A DNA stretch of 64,000 nucleotides from positions 5,332,001 through 5,396,000 of the forward strand of contig JBITNC010000001.1 of assembly GCA_050084985.1 (NCBI GenBank), in the 5' to 3' direction. The stretch's first letter is position 1, and each line of letters starts with the position of its first letter. Below the pieces are notes generated by a model. The model did no database searches. It saw nothing but the letters and a program-made list of their open reading frames with translations, and was not told the origin of the DNA. The position numbers and the translations under genes were made by a program. Positions 50,705 through 64,000 of the stretch are shown one piece after another. The stretch comes from Nageia nagi. Lineage: Eukaryota; Plantae; Pinophyta.

Positions 50705-51492
50705 GTACCTGAAGGACTTCTATTCGTTGATTTTTTTTAATTTTACATCATGTTACTGCTTGAAATTCACTATTGATCTCATTATATTAGAATCGAAATG
50801 CAAACTACATTATCAAATGCCATGTCTAGAGTAATCATTTTGATTTGAGGACTTCAATTGTCCTTAAAAGCTTTGTAGAACTTCCTCCAGGTATTCCATA
50901 GAGCTCAAACACCAAACTGGGCTTTTGATCAGTAAAAAAGACTTAGAGAATTTTGAAATCTATTTAATGAAAAAGAATGTGTTGATTCTTATTTAACTGT
51001 TTGGTTCACCACTGTAAGGAACTGAATGTGGCATAAGCTAGTGTAAGAGGTTTGGATGTTTGCCTTATTAGGCATACTTTTAATTGGTAATTATTTTAGG
51101 GTGTGTTTAGAAGTGGTTATGAATGAGTTTTTCGGTTAACTTTCTCCTTACTGAAACAATAAATAGTATGGTTATATGGAGAGAAAGTTTGTCTGTCAAC
51201 TTGTCTAACTTGAAACTTTTTCTATTTAGCAGTTTGTTGAGTGCTGCAACATTTAGATAGAAAGTTAACAAACATGTTATGCTTCTGATCCTTATATTCA
51301 GATTGTAGTTATGGAGCAGTCACCATGTGGTGCAGAGATATTTTGTGTTGTGCGGTAGCTTGTTAAAGTTCAATGTTTGTAGGTCATGGGTTTATTCCTC
51401 TTTAATTTCTCTGGGGTATCAATATAGATTTCAGGCCATTTAAGTATCATATTATGTTGTATATATTTTTTTCTCTTATGTACTTCTGAGCA

Positions 51493-52890
51493 TGTGATGT
51501 GGGACCCTGTAGGATTGCTTTAAATTCAAACATGCAACAAAAATATGGTAAGCATGACTAAAATTGAAAGAACAGAAAGAATGGATGCAACAAAAATGTA
51601 ATCTTTTATTTGTTGATTGAGGAGAAATTTTTACAGTTTGAGATTGAATATACAATGAAAATTGTTGTTCTCAATTTCCAACAATTTTCCATCTGAAAAG
51701 TTGATCCTTTAATTTCTTGGTCTCAACTCTTCTTCACAGCGACCTCTTGACTGAACCCCTACCTGATGTTAGCTGTTGTGTTTTATCTCAAATAGACAGA
51801 TTCACCTCTGTAATGGTTTTGGCAGTTCATTTTCAACCAAACTTCATTGTTTTTCTGGCCAATAGGCTTGAATATGCTTATCTGATCAGGCCACTTTATT
51901 ATTCCATTTATTTAATTAAAACTTCTCCTTAGTGGGTTTTGGTTGCCCATAAAACTTAGGTGTGAAGCAGGATCCACGAGCGGCCAAACTCTTTTGATTA
52001 TGTGGCCACACATTAAGTCCTGACTTACAGATGAAGCCTTGAGGAGGCTTTTCACGTTCGTACCTAAGAAAATTTTCTCCTGCTGTCGATTTGTTTTAAA
52101 TCAACAGTTGGTGGACGACTGTGATTATGAGGCCTTCTCCGCTAATATTTAATATAATGGGGATTTCGCCCCTAACTTATAGGGAGTAAGTCTTTGCAGA
52201 ATTGAATTCAGTAGTGGTAAATAACCATATCAAGTCAAATTGACGTGGCACTCTAAGATTAGGAATGGAAATTTTCTTGAAATAAAAACCTCAAAAAGCA
52301 ACTCACTTCATTTTTCTGCTCATCCTCTGATTGGCCCACTTGGCATTGATTATCTATCTTTGTTTTTGAAATAGAAACTTGGGTGGAATTGATAGAAACC
52401 GGTTGGAGTTGAAAGTTTTGAACTTGGTTTGATGTCACAGAGTACATGTGTTGGTTATGGATTTGCAGCTGAAATTGTAAGAGGTACAAACCTCACATGT
52501 TAGTCTCAATTTATATTTGTTTTGCCTATCCCAAGGTGTTTTATATATCAAGGTTTTGCCTTAAAACAATTTAGGAGCCCCTCTCGTAAATTGGTGGCCT
52601 GACCTTATAAAGTTGTCAGCTGTAATCCTAATTGGTGGGCGGAAGTTTTCAAGATTCCCTTGAGAGGAGTGTGTTCTAAGGAGCATCCATAATGTCCTAT
52701 TGCCATCTGGCACATCATAATGGGCTCAGTTTCCTTTTAAAGCCTTATGGATTAAGTAAAATTAATGGGCCTTTTTGAGGACCTAATCCTCTAAATCCAA
52801 ATTTCACACAACTTTTAGACAATTTTTTTAAAGCAATTATGAAGTATCAAAGGACAATGCAATATATCTCGGTTTATAGAACCATGTGCT
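51493..52890. mobile_element. LTR-like intronic insertion, boundaries unresolved
   Basis: Composition shift starting near TGTGATGTGGGACCC; minus-strand TATA-like and GGCC-rich segments; no convincing TSD. Confidence 0.3.
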
Positions 52891-53935
52891 GCAGTCACAG
52901 ATATAATCTTATTCATAAACTTTCATTTTTCAAAATTGTCAAATATTTATGAATGTTAAACTGACCTATGAAGTATCCATTTATAGACTTACCACTTTTG
53001 CTAGAAGGAAAACTTGGTACAGTTCTTCATTCACTTTGGTTCCCCAGATGAGACAATTCTCCACGAATTGAACTATATCTACCAACATAAATACTTGTAA
53101 CATTGTTCATATTTGAATCAACTGCAAGAAAGTCCTTCTATAGTTTTTAATTCTGCATTAATAACTATAGCCAAATTTGAATGATACCATCAAACATTGC
53201 TTTCCTAAGGTTTTCAACATAATGCATAACTTGGTTTAGAATCAGGGTCAATTGATACCTTTTTTTTCCCCTAACCATAACTATTAGAAGGACAAATTTA
53301 TTATTTAGCTAAAACTCCCTGTAGCATGATGTTGATCTTTTAAAAGGTTTGTCTTTCATCCAAGGATAATTCTTTCTAATGTTTAAGGAGGAATACTTTG
53401 ATCATTAACTAACTGTTAAACTGAATCTGTTGCCCTTAGAACAGTTTGAATTACCATTATTAGTGATTTTCCAAAATTCAAGTACAAGTTTACTGTATAT
53501 CACAATGACTAAAACTGTAATTTCCTTTTCCAAGCAGCACAAGATCGAACAAGAGAGTGTTATCCAACATAATAGTAAAGAGAACAGTCTTAATCGGAGC
53601 TTCTATAAGCTCCAACTAGATTATTACAGGCATAACAGTATAATAAGAAGTAATTTTTCTCTTTCTCTAACAAGAGATCATCAAACAAAACTCCAAAAAC
53701 AGGGTTGATCTTCCTCAACTTTCCCTTATCATCCTTAATATTCAATTACCTGTATCTACATATCATAAATGTAAGAGGTGGTGAGAAATTAATCCCAGTA
53801 AGGTAACTTTCTAACATTCATATTATCTTAGGCTATTAACTAAACAGCCATAATGTAAGCCATAATCTGCAACATATTTTACTTAATAATAATATAAATA
53901 CAATGATAACTGAAATTCTACATTACAACAACCTT

Positions 53936-56900
53936 TGTCAATGCATTTTATTAAACTGATGACGATTCTGCAGCTTGAATCATTTAACATAACTGTAAAA
54001 TATGTAATTGCACTCATACATTCAAGTATCTGATGTTAATATCCAAATATGCAAATTTATACCAAATGTCAATGCACTGTAACAGTAATGGTGATTCTCT
54101 GCGAAGTTCCGGTTTTATGCATATGTAATCATGTATGATAGTAGTTTCTGTCATAATTGACATCCATGCAAGGTATGCAAATGTTACATTCTTCAATTTG
54201 AACCGTTCAAAAATGCAACAAATGCAACTTCTTCATGATTTCAATGCAAAGAGATGCCTAAATAATCGCACCATAAAAAATTATTCCATAAACATTTCAA
54301 TTGCACTACAAATATACGAATGAATGAACTAGGGCATAGGCTATTGTTGCCACGAAGTGGTAATAGTGGCCTGCCACAATTGCAAGATAAAACACAAGAT
54401 TCCACTTTCGGTTTAAGCCTACAAAAATTGGGCTCAACGTTAGGTTTAACCGGAAGAACAAACAAAAACCTTTAACCACCGAACCCAAACGACGCGACAA
54501 AGAGACGGTATAAACCCTACAACTGTTTTTGGTTAGTAGCCATCCAGACACTATCAATGCCAAATATTGCCTACTAGGGCTTCCAAAATTGTTCCTGAAA
54601 AACAGACATTGATCAAATCATTCTCAAACCCTAATTCACGAAACATCAAAAGGGTTCCCTAGAGATTGAAACGGCTGACAAGTAACCAAACCTTTACCTA
54701 CAACTTTGATTGAGGTTCTTTAAACCTAGACAAAGCCCAACATTAGCCAATAAGGACTTCCATGGATGCTACAAGATAAATGCATCCCCGTTAGAAATGT
54801 TATCAAACCCTTGCTTTTAAAAAGCAACATTAGGGTTTCCTAATAACTGAATGATGGAAGGAAAATGAAATATTCCAAACTAGGGCAAGCATACTTTATA
54901 GAAAATATAGCAAATTCTAATTTTCTTTATTACTCCAAAATTTAGTAAATGCTCAAAATTACCAAAATGATGCCCTAGCCTATGTGAAAACTAAAATTTA
55001 CTCAACCATACATCAACTAGCTCATAAATATAGGATGAATCATGCAAGTGCTTAAAATATCCAAACTAGGGCAAAATACACCATGTGTCTAACTCAAGCA
55101 CAAATATTCCAAAATTTAGGCAAGTAAATGAGACATGAAAAATATGAAATAAATACCAGTTGCCTCCAAATACAATGTCGAACCAAGATTGAACCATCAA
55201 GGAGCTTAATCACTCCAAAGGGGTGACGTCTCACTAGGGAGCTATGAACACCATTATGAAGTCCTCGAAATAGCCACAAACTATCTCCTCAAGCCTGACG
55301 TCTCATTCCTAGGGTAAAGTTGGGATTCTAGGATCCTTACTCCACCTTCAAAGTTGGATGAATTGTGTAGATCGTCACTCAAAGTTGCAAATGAAGCTCT
55401 AGGGCTTTTGATATAGATCCGAGGCTAATTTTTTGATATAAAGGCACCTAAGCCTAATTGACACCATGAAGGTTTTCGTCCGCAAGATGGCACCACTCTT
55501 GAGGGTTTTCGTTCGCAAGAGGAAAGAGGAACAACTGATCCAGTTGCATGCTCCAAGTAAAAGGAAGGTTGTTTGATAAATGATAGATAGATAGATGTCA
55601 AATGATGTGCCCTTCTCCCTTTTTATAGTGAGCTTGGTGAATTTCTAAAAATGTCTTTGGTCAGCTGACCCACCCTAGTAAACATAAAATTACTCCTAAA
55701 AGTCATAATTACTCTTCCTAATTGGCGGTCCACCCTTGGGGAGGTAAATTAGATCCCCAAGTTACAAACATGACCCGTGCTTTGTTAAAATAAAATAAAG
55801 ACACTTAAATTAATTAAAATCACTCCTAATACTCCTAGAGGAGCGATGTCCACTTTGAGATGCTCAATTAATGCATTTTTGCATCCAAGAGTGACTTGCT
55901 TAACATCATAAGACCAATTTATCATTTTATTGTATCCCACCGACACCAAACTATTACAAAATACTAAAAATAACTCTAAATACTAAAAATTCATAATGAA
56001 GAGGAGCACCTCATTTTAAGTAGCAAGCGAAAATGAAACGCTTAAATTTTAGAATATTACAGAAAAATATAAACTCTTGCCGTACAAGCATTCCTAGAAG
56101 GCTTACCCAGCGATATCGATTCCACAATTGATACCCAAAACCTAAAAGAAGAATTAACCTAAAAAAATCAGAATAGAACTACAAAATAAATCTAGAAGGG
56201 CAAACAATTCTTTAATCTATTAGAGATTTATGAACCAGAAAACCACTTACGGTTTCAAAGGAATCTGAAGCAAAATCCCCAAATTGACTCCCTTGTGGTC
56301 AAATTTCTGTTGCCAAAAGGGAAACCTAGCAGAGGATGACGCGATAGCCACCAAACTTCGAAAATATAAGTCCAACTGAGGGCCCTACAGCATCTAATAA
56401 CCGAAATCCTGCTGCTCCCACTGAGAAAGTGGCCATGGTTCCTCACAATAATCGCCACTTTGAGTTCCATAATTTTAATCTCACGAGTCACAACACTCCA
56501 GTGAAACCACATGGTTTCACTATTATGAAGGTGAGAGCCCAGCATCATGGATGATGCAGGTATTGCGCAGGATTGAACAACCATAATGGCACACGAACCA
56601 CGAACCAGTCATGGCTTCCACTACAACGAATGCCTCCAAAATTAATTAGGGTTTGTATAGCCCTAAAAAACCGTTTCACACCTACTTCAAACAACTTGAC
56701 ACATTAACAGACAGAGTCGAGTGCGACACATCGGATGGACAACAAGGCCTATGGCAAGTGATTAGGGTTTGGCTTTTATTTTTATTTTTCTTTTGAATTG
56801 ATAGTAATTTTATTTTTAATAATAAATATTATTAACTAAATGTTATTTTCTTTTTGCAGGTTTAATAACGTATCAAATTAGATACTTAGCGTTACAAATA

Positions 56901-57149
56901 AGGGAAAGGAGGAGGATTAAATTGACCATGAATCTGCCATTGTTCATAATGTCAAAACCATTCTCCAAACCTGCAATATAACATTGTTAGTAATATAAAT
57001 CCCTAAGATGTAAAATTATCAATCATACGTGATAATCTTGCAATTAACATCAATTAGACATCGATTATTAAGATTCTACCTCAAACTTATATCAGTATCA
57101 TAGTCTCAAAGTTTACGAGAGCTTCCACCTTGTGGGATGGTCCATGACA
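53936..57149. mobile_element. Large (3.2 kb) solo LTR or non-coding LTR derivative in the AKR intron
   Basis: TGTCA...TGACA inverted ends; perfect TSD ACCTT at 53931-53935 and 57150-57154; several AAACCCTA motifs; no retroviral domains recognised. Confidence 0.75.
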
Positions 57150-57599
57150 ACCTTCCAGTATAAATTTCTTTTTGTTAAATAATGTTAAGGCTTTGGCCTA
57201 ATAAAACATTAACGGACATACCCACAATTTAAATTAATTTAAATGGGAAATCCCTTCAAATTTGTTGTGGCCCAAACAAAGGCAATTAAAATAAATCAAG
57301 CAAATGTCTGGGCTGTAACAACACACATGAATGAACAAAATCTTTTTTATTAATGAAAGATTGCACAAACCTGAGGATGTTCCTAAATCAGCATCCCTTC
57401 CTGTAGTTTCATAAGACTGTTGAATCTTATATTTTTTGTATTTGGCACCAGTCTCAAAATTCATGTATTTGCAGCCCATAAGCCCTAGTTCTCATTAGAA
57501 TTTCAAAGTGTGATTCAACTGCATCTACTTTTAGTTGATTCTCAATAAAGCACACGTTTTGTAATATCCACTTATTCAATTATTTCAGTTTTGCTTCTT

Positions 57600-59271
57600 A
57601 TTTTTTTTGGTAAGGGTAAATTGTACCAAGGGGTTTTTTATACAGGACCCAAAACCTGTGTAAAAAATTGAATCATGTAAGGCAATAGATTGCCTTGATT
57701 TACAGTAAACTTATGTTTTAACTACTACTTGGTAGCCCCCAAGAGGGTTACCAATTACATTTTCTGAAATAATACCAAATTCTAACATCGGTAGCCTAAC
57801 CAAATGGAATAAGATCTTTATTTGCTTCATGTTTCTTCTTAAATTGTATCTACAAGGACTGCGTATTGCTAAAGATTATCTTCTTCCTTTCTTTGGGCTT
57901 GCTTGCCCAAAGTTTTCAAGCAGATGTTGATCTTCATTTGCAATATCTCGATTTTTAGTGTTGTCTTTTGCTTCCTTCTGGTTTGGCTTGCCTCTAGCTC
58001 TGTAATTTTTTCCAACATTTGCGTTTCGCAGTGCAGTTCTTGTTAGTCGATATGGGGCTGTCTTTGGAACGCAAAATTCAGGTTGTTTGTGATCCTTAAA
58101 ACTGTATCATTCTCCTTTGTTTCAGATGAGTGGTTATTGAGCGGAATTGAGGATTTCTTTTTAACTGATATCCACCCTTCATATCCTCCAGTGTCTGGTC
58201 TATCTGATCTTTGTTCCTTGAGGGGAGTTTTTTGGGTTTGTTCTAAAACTGGGCCAGCTACTGGGTCTTTTGATGATGAGTCTGCTGCCGGGTCTTGCTG
58301 AGGTTCTGGCTCCGACTTGTTAGGCTCTTGCTGAATCTCTCTGTCTTCTAATTCCTCTTCCAAGTGTTGGCCTGTGATCTGAACTTGTTTTGGCTGCCAA
58401 ACCTATTGAGGACTTTTTGTATTGTGGTTTGTTGTTTGCTTTTTGGGATAGTTGTGCGATCCATGCCCAACATGGGAACATGTCAGGTATATGAGATTGT
58501 TGTTTTCACACCTGATTCGTTGCACCCACGCTTTTGCCTCTGTTAGTAATTTGATTTGATTTGGGAGAGATTTGTCATAATTAACTAGAACAAAGAAGTG
58601 AGCTTCCAGCAGTCTGAAGCAAGCTTTGGTAGCAGGAACTATTGTTATCAGGCGACCTATCAATGATGCTATTCCTTCGATCACTTTTTGGTGCCAACGT
58701 TCAACGGGTAAACCAGACAAGCTTACCCAAAATGGAGCTGATAGTATCTATGTCGTTAGGGGATTAAAGTAGGTTGCCATCGATCTAAGAACATAACTCT
58801 CTTGCTGAAGAACCAGGGGCTTGACTTCAAAACCATATCCAGATCTTCCTCATTGGCAAAGTTGAACATCATGTAGCTGTTAGGCATGGCTGCCACTTCG
58901 GCACCTCCCTTAGTAGGCCATTTGGTTCGGACACATTGTTGGACCAGATCGATATTAGGGCACACTCCCAAAAATCGAGTGACCAGGCTGAGTTTGCTGT
59001 GTGAGATTGTTTAATCTAGAAGCAAATTTGGAATTCTCTAGCATAGTTCATTTCCTTCTACTGAGGGCTTTAAAGGCGGGCAAGGAGCATCCTTTGCATC
59101 TTATGTGAAAAGTTTCCACCATAGGTTGAGGTACTCCATCATCTTGAGAGTGCGAGGCTACCAAGAGTAGCGAGAGGATCCGGAGTTAGTCGCAAAGGGG
59201 GATATAGAGGTGAGCAAAGAAGAGAAAGTTACAAAGTGCATACGATCCTCATTGCGAGCTTTAAGGAAAAC

Positions 59272-59333
<62 letters not shown>
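57600..59333 (-). mobile_element. L1-clade LINE derivative carrying only a decayed ORF1
   Basis: DUF4283-like (PNIDLVQQCVRTKW..FNFANEEDLDMVLKSSPWFF..LDRWQP) and GLPVERWH..IGR..zinc-knuckle region; T-run (poly-A tail) at 57601-57608; imperfect TSD CAGTTTTG(G)CTT(C/A)TT at 57586-57599 and 59334-59348. Confidence 0.85.
59276..59332. repeat. (TA)n microsatellite, ~28 units
   Basis: Directly visible; shorter TA runs at ~5115-5144, 37175-37190 and 37292-37325. Confidence 0.98.
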
Positions 59334-59335
<2 letters not shown>

Positions 59336-60379
59336 GTTTTGGCTTATTGATTAACTTCTTTAGAATTATTCAGCTGCTCAGCAATGTAGTTAGTTTTGGA
59401 AGTTACATTTTGATCATTTTGTTGTTTAGCAGTTAGTGATATTAAGTTATAACAATTGTTTTCTCTTTCCAAAGTACAAAGATGTATATACTAAATCAAT
59501 CTATTGTACTATGGGAACCACCTCATAAATAAGTAGGGTTAATTTAACTCTTGACCGCTTTTTTTTCAACTACAAGAAAAAGAAGGTGATGAAGGTGATG
59601 GAGTGAGCTGATAGTATACAAAGTCATTATTTTGTTCTCTTATTATAAGAGGATGTCTACAACCACATCAGCGATGCCCTTTCTTATATGATTTAAATAT
59701 GTAACCCTTTCATTTTCACGACCATTTTTGTTGTTGCTTTGAATACGAACCTTTCTTGAGAAAGGATTTCAGGTTCTGATGTTTTTTTTTTTTCACTTTA
59801 ATATGCGCTTCAATGAGTTCAAACATGACTTCCTATTCCCAATCAAAGCCAAGAAGAAGTTTCTTTGAATCTTATCATTAGGTCACCAAATTAGAAGGCA
59901 AGGGTACTACCATGAAAGCAGTAGATAGGCCCGCTTAACATGCACATTATTGAGGTCCGGAACAATGATAAAATCTAGCCAAGTAACAAGGATTTTTTTT
60001 TTTAAATTCCAAAAGCACGATGGTTTCTTATGGGTGATAGTGAATGGCCGGCATATCAAATCCACAAACAGTTATTGCTACGAATTTTGCACAACCACCT
60101 TGGTAACAAATTTTGCTTATGGTCCGGACCTTAAACAAATGGTCAATCTAGGACGGTGAACAATTGTTTTGAGAGTTATCTACATTGCTTTGCTTCAAAC
60201 AACTATCCCAACGACTTCCATGATAATACATTTGAGTCACATGGCTACTAAGATGACTCCATTCTTTATAGGTGGGTCAACATACGATGTCATCACATCA
60301 CATATAGAGCTATTTTGAGGTCAAGGCAATAAATGACCACCTCTAGCAGAATCTAGAGATACCATAAAAGCTTAGGGAA

Positions 60380-60810
60380 ACATATAGGTAGTTCAAAATG
60401 GGATGAAAAAAGATGCAGATTGACAGTATAATGTGTGACCATTCTCAAAACGTGATTGGTTCTATCTTTGGATTCTTCCTTTAAAGCAATTAATACTCTT
60501 GATACTCACATTAGAAAGGAATCTGAAATTGGCCCAAAATTGTATGGTCGCTATAGGTTCTTTTCAAGATTGGTGAATTCACTTTATCTATGCACATTCA
60601 CATTGTCTACCATATCTCTTGCCTCAAGAAGGTGATCAAACATGAATAAGGAGGGCAAGATAATTCTTGAATCCAAAACAGCTATTGATTGTCCCATTTG
60701 TCATAACACTGTTGGGCTTATCATGACACATGTTATCAAGTGGAAGGAGATATCTATGGAAGATGCCACCTGGAAAGATGAGTAACTCATGTAACAACAC
60801 TCTTTATCAT
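60380..60810 (+). mobile_element. Decayed chromovirus integrase C-terminus / chromodomain fragment
   Basis: MKKDAD..., NLKLA.KLYGRY, IHIVYHISCLKKV, VIKWKEISMEDATWK remnants. Confidence 0.75.
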
Positions 60811-60851
60811 AGAGCTTTAATTACAACAAATATTAATTTTGCATAGTGTTT

Positions 60852-62116
60852 TATAAGATCCCAATCATAATCTCAAGTACAAGTAATAAAAAACAAGCAA
60901 ATATGTACCCACGTTTGGCCTCGAGCCTCAAATTCAAGCATAAACAAAGCCTCAATGCCAACATTTTACACATACAAGCATAAATGCACTAAAGCGCCTC
61001 AATGTTGCAAATATGGAAGCATACACATCAAATACAAGACAAATGTTGAGATCCAAGATGTCCACGGTTGTATTAATGATGAAGAATGACAAATGATACA
61101 ATAGCAGGCCCAAAGGGCTCAACTTTGGCTTCCAAGGAGCCAACTAGGGCACAACGAACATACCAATGTGATCGAACATACAAATGTGATCACTGCTGGT
61201 ACCAACCGAACAATGGATGGGACAACCTCACTCCCTCAAGCCTGGATGCTTTGCTACAAAACTCCCACGCTTGGAAACCACTGAAGGTAGAAGTGTGACC
61301 TCAGAATACCATCGGATGGACTAAGATGCTACAACTTAGTCGTAGATTAGCAAGATCTCTCAGCCTGCTAGCCCTCCTAGATGCTGCACCTAGGGAGATT
61401 GCTTTATGTTGCACCAAGTCTTGTGTCCATTGGATGGTAGGAGAAATAATAATAATCAGGTATATCCATGTAGTGATGTGAATCTCCTTTATATAACAAT
61501 CCCTGGATTTGAATCTCACCTAGAAATCATCACTCCAAGTCCAACGTTAGCCTCCTATAGGCCCAAACGTGGGCTTAGATGTGTCCTAGGTATCATCCAT
61601 ATGCCAACACTGCCTAGGGATGCCAATAATTAGAAGATCCAATGGCTAGATATGCAACGCCTCATTATTGGAGACTAATATTGCATTTACAATTATTAAT
61701 TGCCTTGGAATCATGTGTTTCAACTCATACAAGTGGCCCACATAAAACATACTAAATCTATTCTTAATTAGCAAGCTCACAACTAAATACAATCCATAAC
61801 TAACTCATATCCCAAGGAGTGGGACGTCAGATTTCAAGGGTCAATATGGAGATGTTTTTGGATTTCCGTGAGCAGCCATGATATGGAAGATTGGTCCAAC
61901 TAGCGAACTTCAAGAGGCCATAACTCTTTCGTTTCCTGATGAAACCATGTCGTGTAACCTGTCAAAACGTTTCCCACGAGATGCCCTATCCAATGAACAA
62001 ATCAAATCAACTCTCCAAGACCTGTGATGAATTCCATCCTCAAATAATTATTTATTTACAAAGGGAATCCTTAGGATTCCAAGATTATTTATTTTTGTTG
62101 AAAAGGGGATGTTACA
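60852..62116. mobile_element. Solo Gypsy LTR (1265 bp)
   Basis: TATAAGATCCC (TG>TA) ... GGGATGTTACA inverted ends; perfect TSD TGTTT at 60847-60851 and 62117-62121. Confidence 0.85.
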
Positions 62117-62653
62117 TGTTTGCATATAGGATGATGTTTGAATAGACTTCCAATAAACACACTTCTGGTGGCGTTATACAAGCATATGATCTTTGAATGT
62201 ATTTTGTGATCAATCAAAATAAAGCCTGCAACATTAAATAACACATTAAATCAATGTTGCATGGAGGTATTCTAGGATGATTTTTTTACTTCCATTAACA
62301 GTGTAAATCTTTATAAGAATAAATACATAATTTTGTGTATTGTTCTTAGGGTGTTTCAAAACAGTCATTGAAGGTAGCACTGATTTGGTGACTAAATTAG
62401 TCTGATATTGCAGGGCCACAACATTTTGTAGCCCCAAGGAGAGTAATTCTTCTGTTTCTAGCATTGTAATAGGGAAAACAATGGGGAGTCAAAGCAGAAT
62501 CTAATCCTGAGGAGGTTTTCTTTCCAGGAGGGTTTTCTCCCTGAAATTCAGTGTGCCACATTCTTTTCAAGAACAGCCGGCAAATCCACAAGTGAAGTTC
62601 ATTTATATGGATTCCATAGGCGTGGTTATTGCAATTTGCTTGTACAATCCAAG

Positions 62654-64000
62654 TGTTAGGAACCTAGTAGAACTGAAAAGGGGATTTACCCCGAATACCA
62701 TTGGAAATACAGCAATACGAAATAGCCAACAGATTCATAATGCAACAAATAAAGCAAATGGAACAATGCGCTCAGATTAACAAGAAGATAACAGAACAAA
62801 GTAACTTTATTGATAGCAATACGAATCACAAGCCGCTTTGAGGTGGCTTACTCCTTACAACTCAAAAGAGAATTGATTTTCCAAGCTGCCTTTCTTTACC
62901 CCTCTTACACATATTTATAGACTTCCTACTCTAACCCTAATTGGTGGTTTAATTCAAAATGGTGATTCACCTTAGAAATATGATGATTCATATAACAAGT
63001 CAATTCGGCACAACTCGATAACTAAAATAACTACTAATCACAATTAAAAATAATTGAATGTTAGGATTTGGGATCCTAACATGTCATTCCTCTTTGAAAA
63101 GAGCTTTGTCCTCAAAGTTGAAAATTTGGAAACTCCTGTTGAAGTTGATATGCTGACTCCCAAGTTGCATCTTCAGTTGCTAGGCCGTGCCATTGGATAA
63201 TGACTTCAGTGATGGTACGATTACGAAGCTAACGAGTACGCTGTTCTAAAACTCTTCAGGTTCTAGCTTGATGCCCCCCTCGTCTGTGAATTCTGGCAAG
63301 TTTGTCTGAGCATGAACATTTGATCCTAATACCTTCTTAAGACATGAAACATGAAAGACTGGGTGAACCTTAGAGGAGGCTGGTAACTCCAACTTATATG
63401 CAGCTGGCCCAATATGTTGGAGAATTCTGTAAGGCCCATAGAATTTGGGAGCTAATTTTTGAGATCCTTTATTCTTGAGAGATTTTTGATGATATGGTTG
63501 AAGCTGCAGAAAGACCATTCCTCTTCTTGGAATTCCCTTTTGACTCGTTGCTAATCAGCTTGTTGTTTCATTTGATGCTGAGCAATCTGTAAACTTTCCT
63601 GTAGAAGACGAAGGATATCCGCTCGAATGGTTAATTCTATGTCAACCGCCTGAACATTTGTGCTGCTTGGAATATAAGAGGATATAGCAAATGGTGCCTA
63701 CCCATACAATGCTTCATAGGGGGGTCATTTTGATAGTCGTATGATATGAAGTGTTAGACCACCATTCCGCCAAGGGTAGCCACTAACCCAATGAATTGGC
63801 TGTGCAGAGACAAAATAACACAAATATGTCTCTAGACTCTTACTAACAATTTATGTTTGACCATCGGTCTGGGGGTGATATGCAGAACTCATGTTGAGTT
63901 GGGTTCCTTGAAGCTTGAAAAATTCCTTCCAAAAGTTACTGGTGAAGGTTGGGTCTTGATCGTTGACTATTGTAGATGGCATACCATGAAGTTTGAAGAC
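62654..64000 (-). mobile_element. 3' part of a chromovirus (Reina/IFG-like) Gypsy element: integrase, chromodomain, PPT, 3' LTR
   Basis: LTR TGTTAGGA...TCCTAACA at 62654-63081; [61 protein letters not shown]; stops and frameshifts present; runs off the window. Confidence 0.92.

Noticed and set aside
53428-53930. Possible TGTTG...CAACA solo LTR
   Set aside because: Flanks GAATC and ACCTT do not match and there is no second copy in the window
59236-59436. YIYIYI ORF
   Set aside because: Translation of the (TA)n microsatellite

Overview
AT-rich plant nuclear DNA, probably a gymnosperm (inferred from the element types, the heavy C-to-T decay and a giant intron). About three quarters of it is nested retroelements. 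Host genes are limited to the first coding exon of an AKR4C-type aldo-keto reductase (50576-50704, +), whose next intron runs past the window end (>13 kb, filled with solo LTRs, a LINE and chromoviruses), and a decayed PLS-E-DYW PPR pseudogene (~34375-35430, -). The centrepiece is a very young Ty1/copia element (37334-44845, -) with apparently identical 508-bp LTRs, a GGATA TSD and a tRNA-iMet PBS. It keeps gag-protease-integrase but has lost almost all of RT and all of RNase H. Just downstream of the truncated RT lies an array of five 46-bp hairpin units with compensatory base changes, separated by unequal spacers that pair with each other and with the flank. This suggests a selected, multi-branched nucleic-acid structure in the 3' UTR. 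Other elements include an old full-length copia with three minisatellites, a gag-only Tat/Ogre-like Gypsy with a tRNA-Trp PBS and a triplicated PPT/LTR junction, an ORF1-only LINE, RTE-like LINE fragments and several solo LTRs. All alignments and identities were judged by eye.
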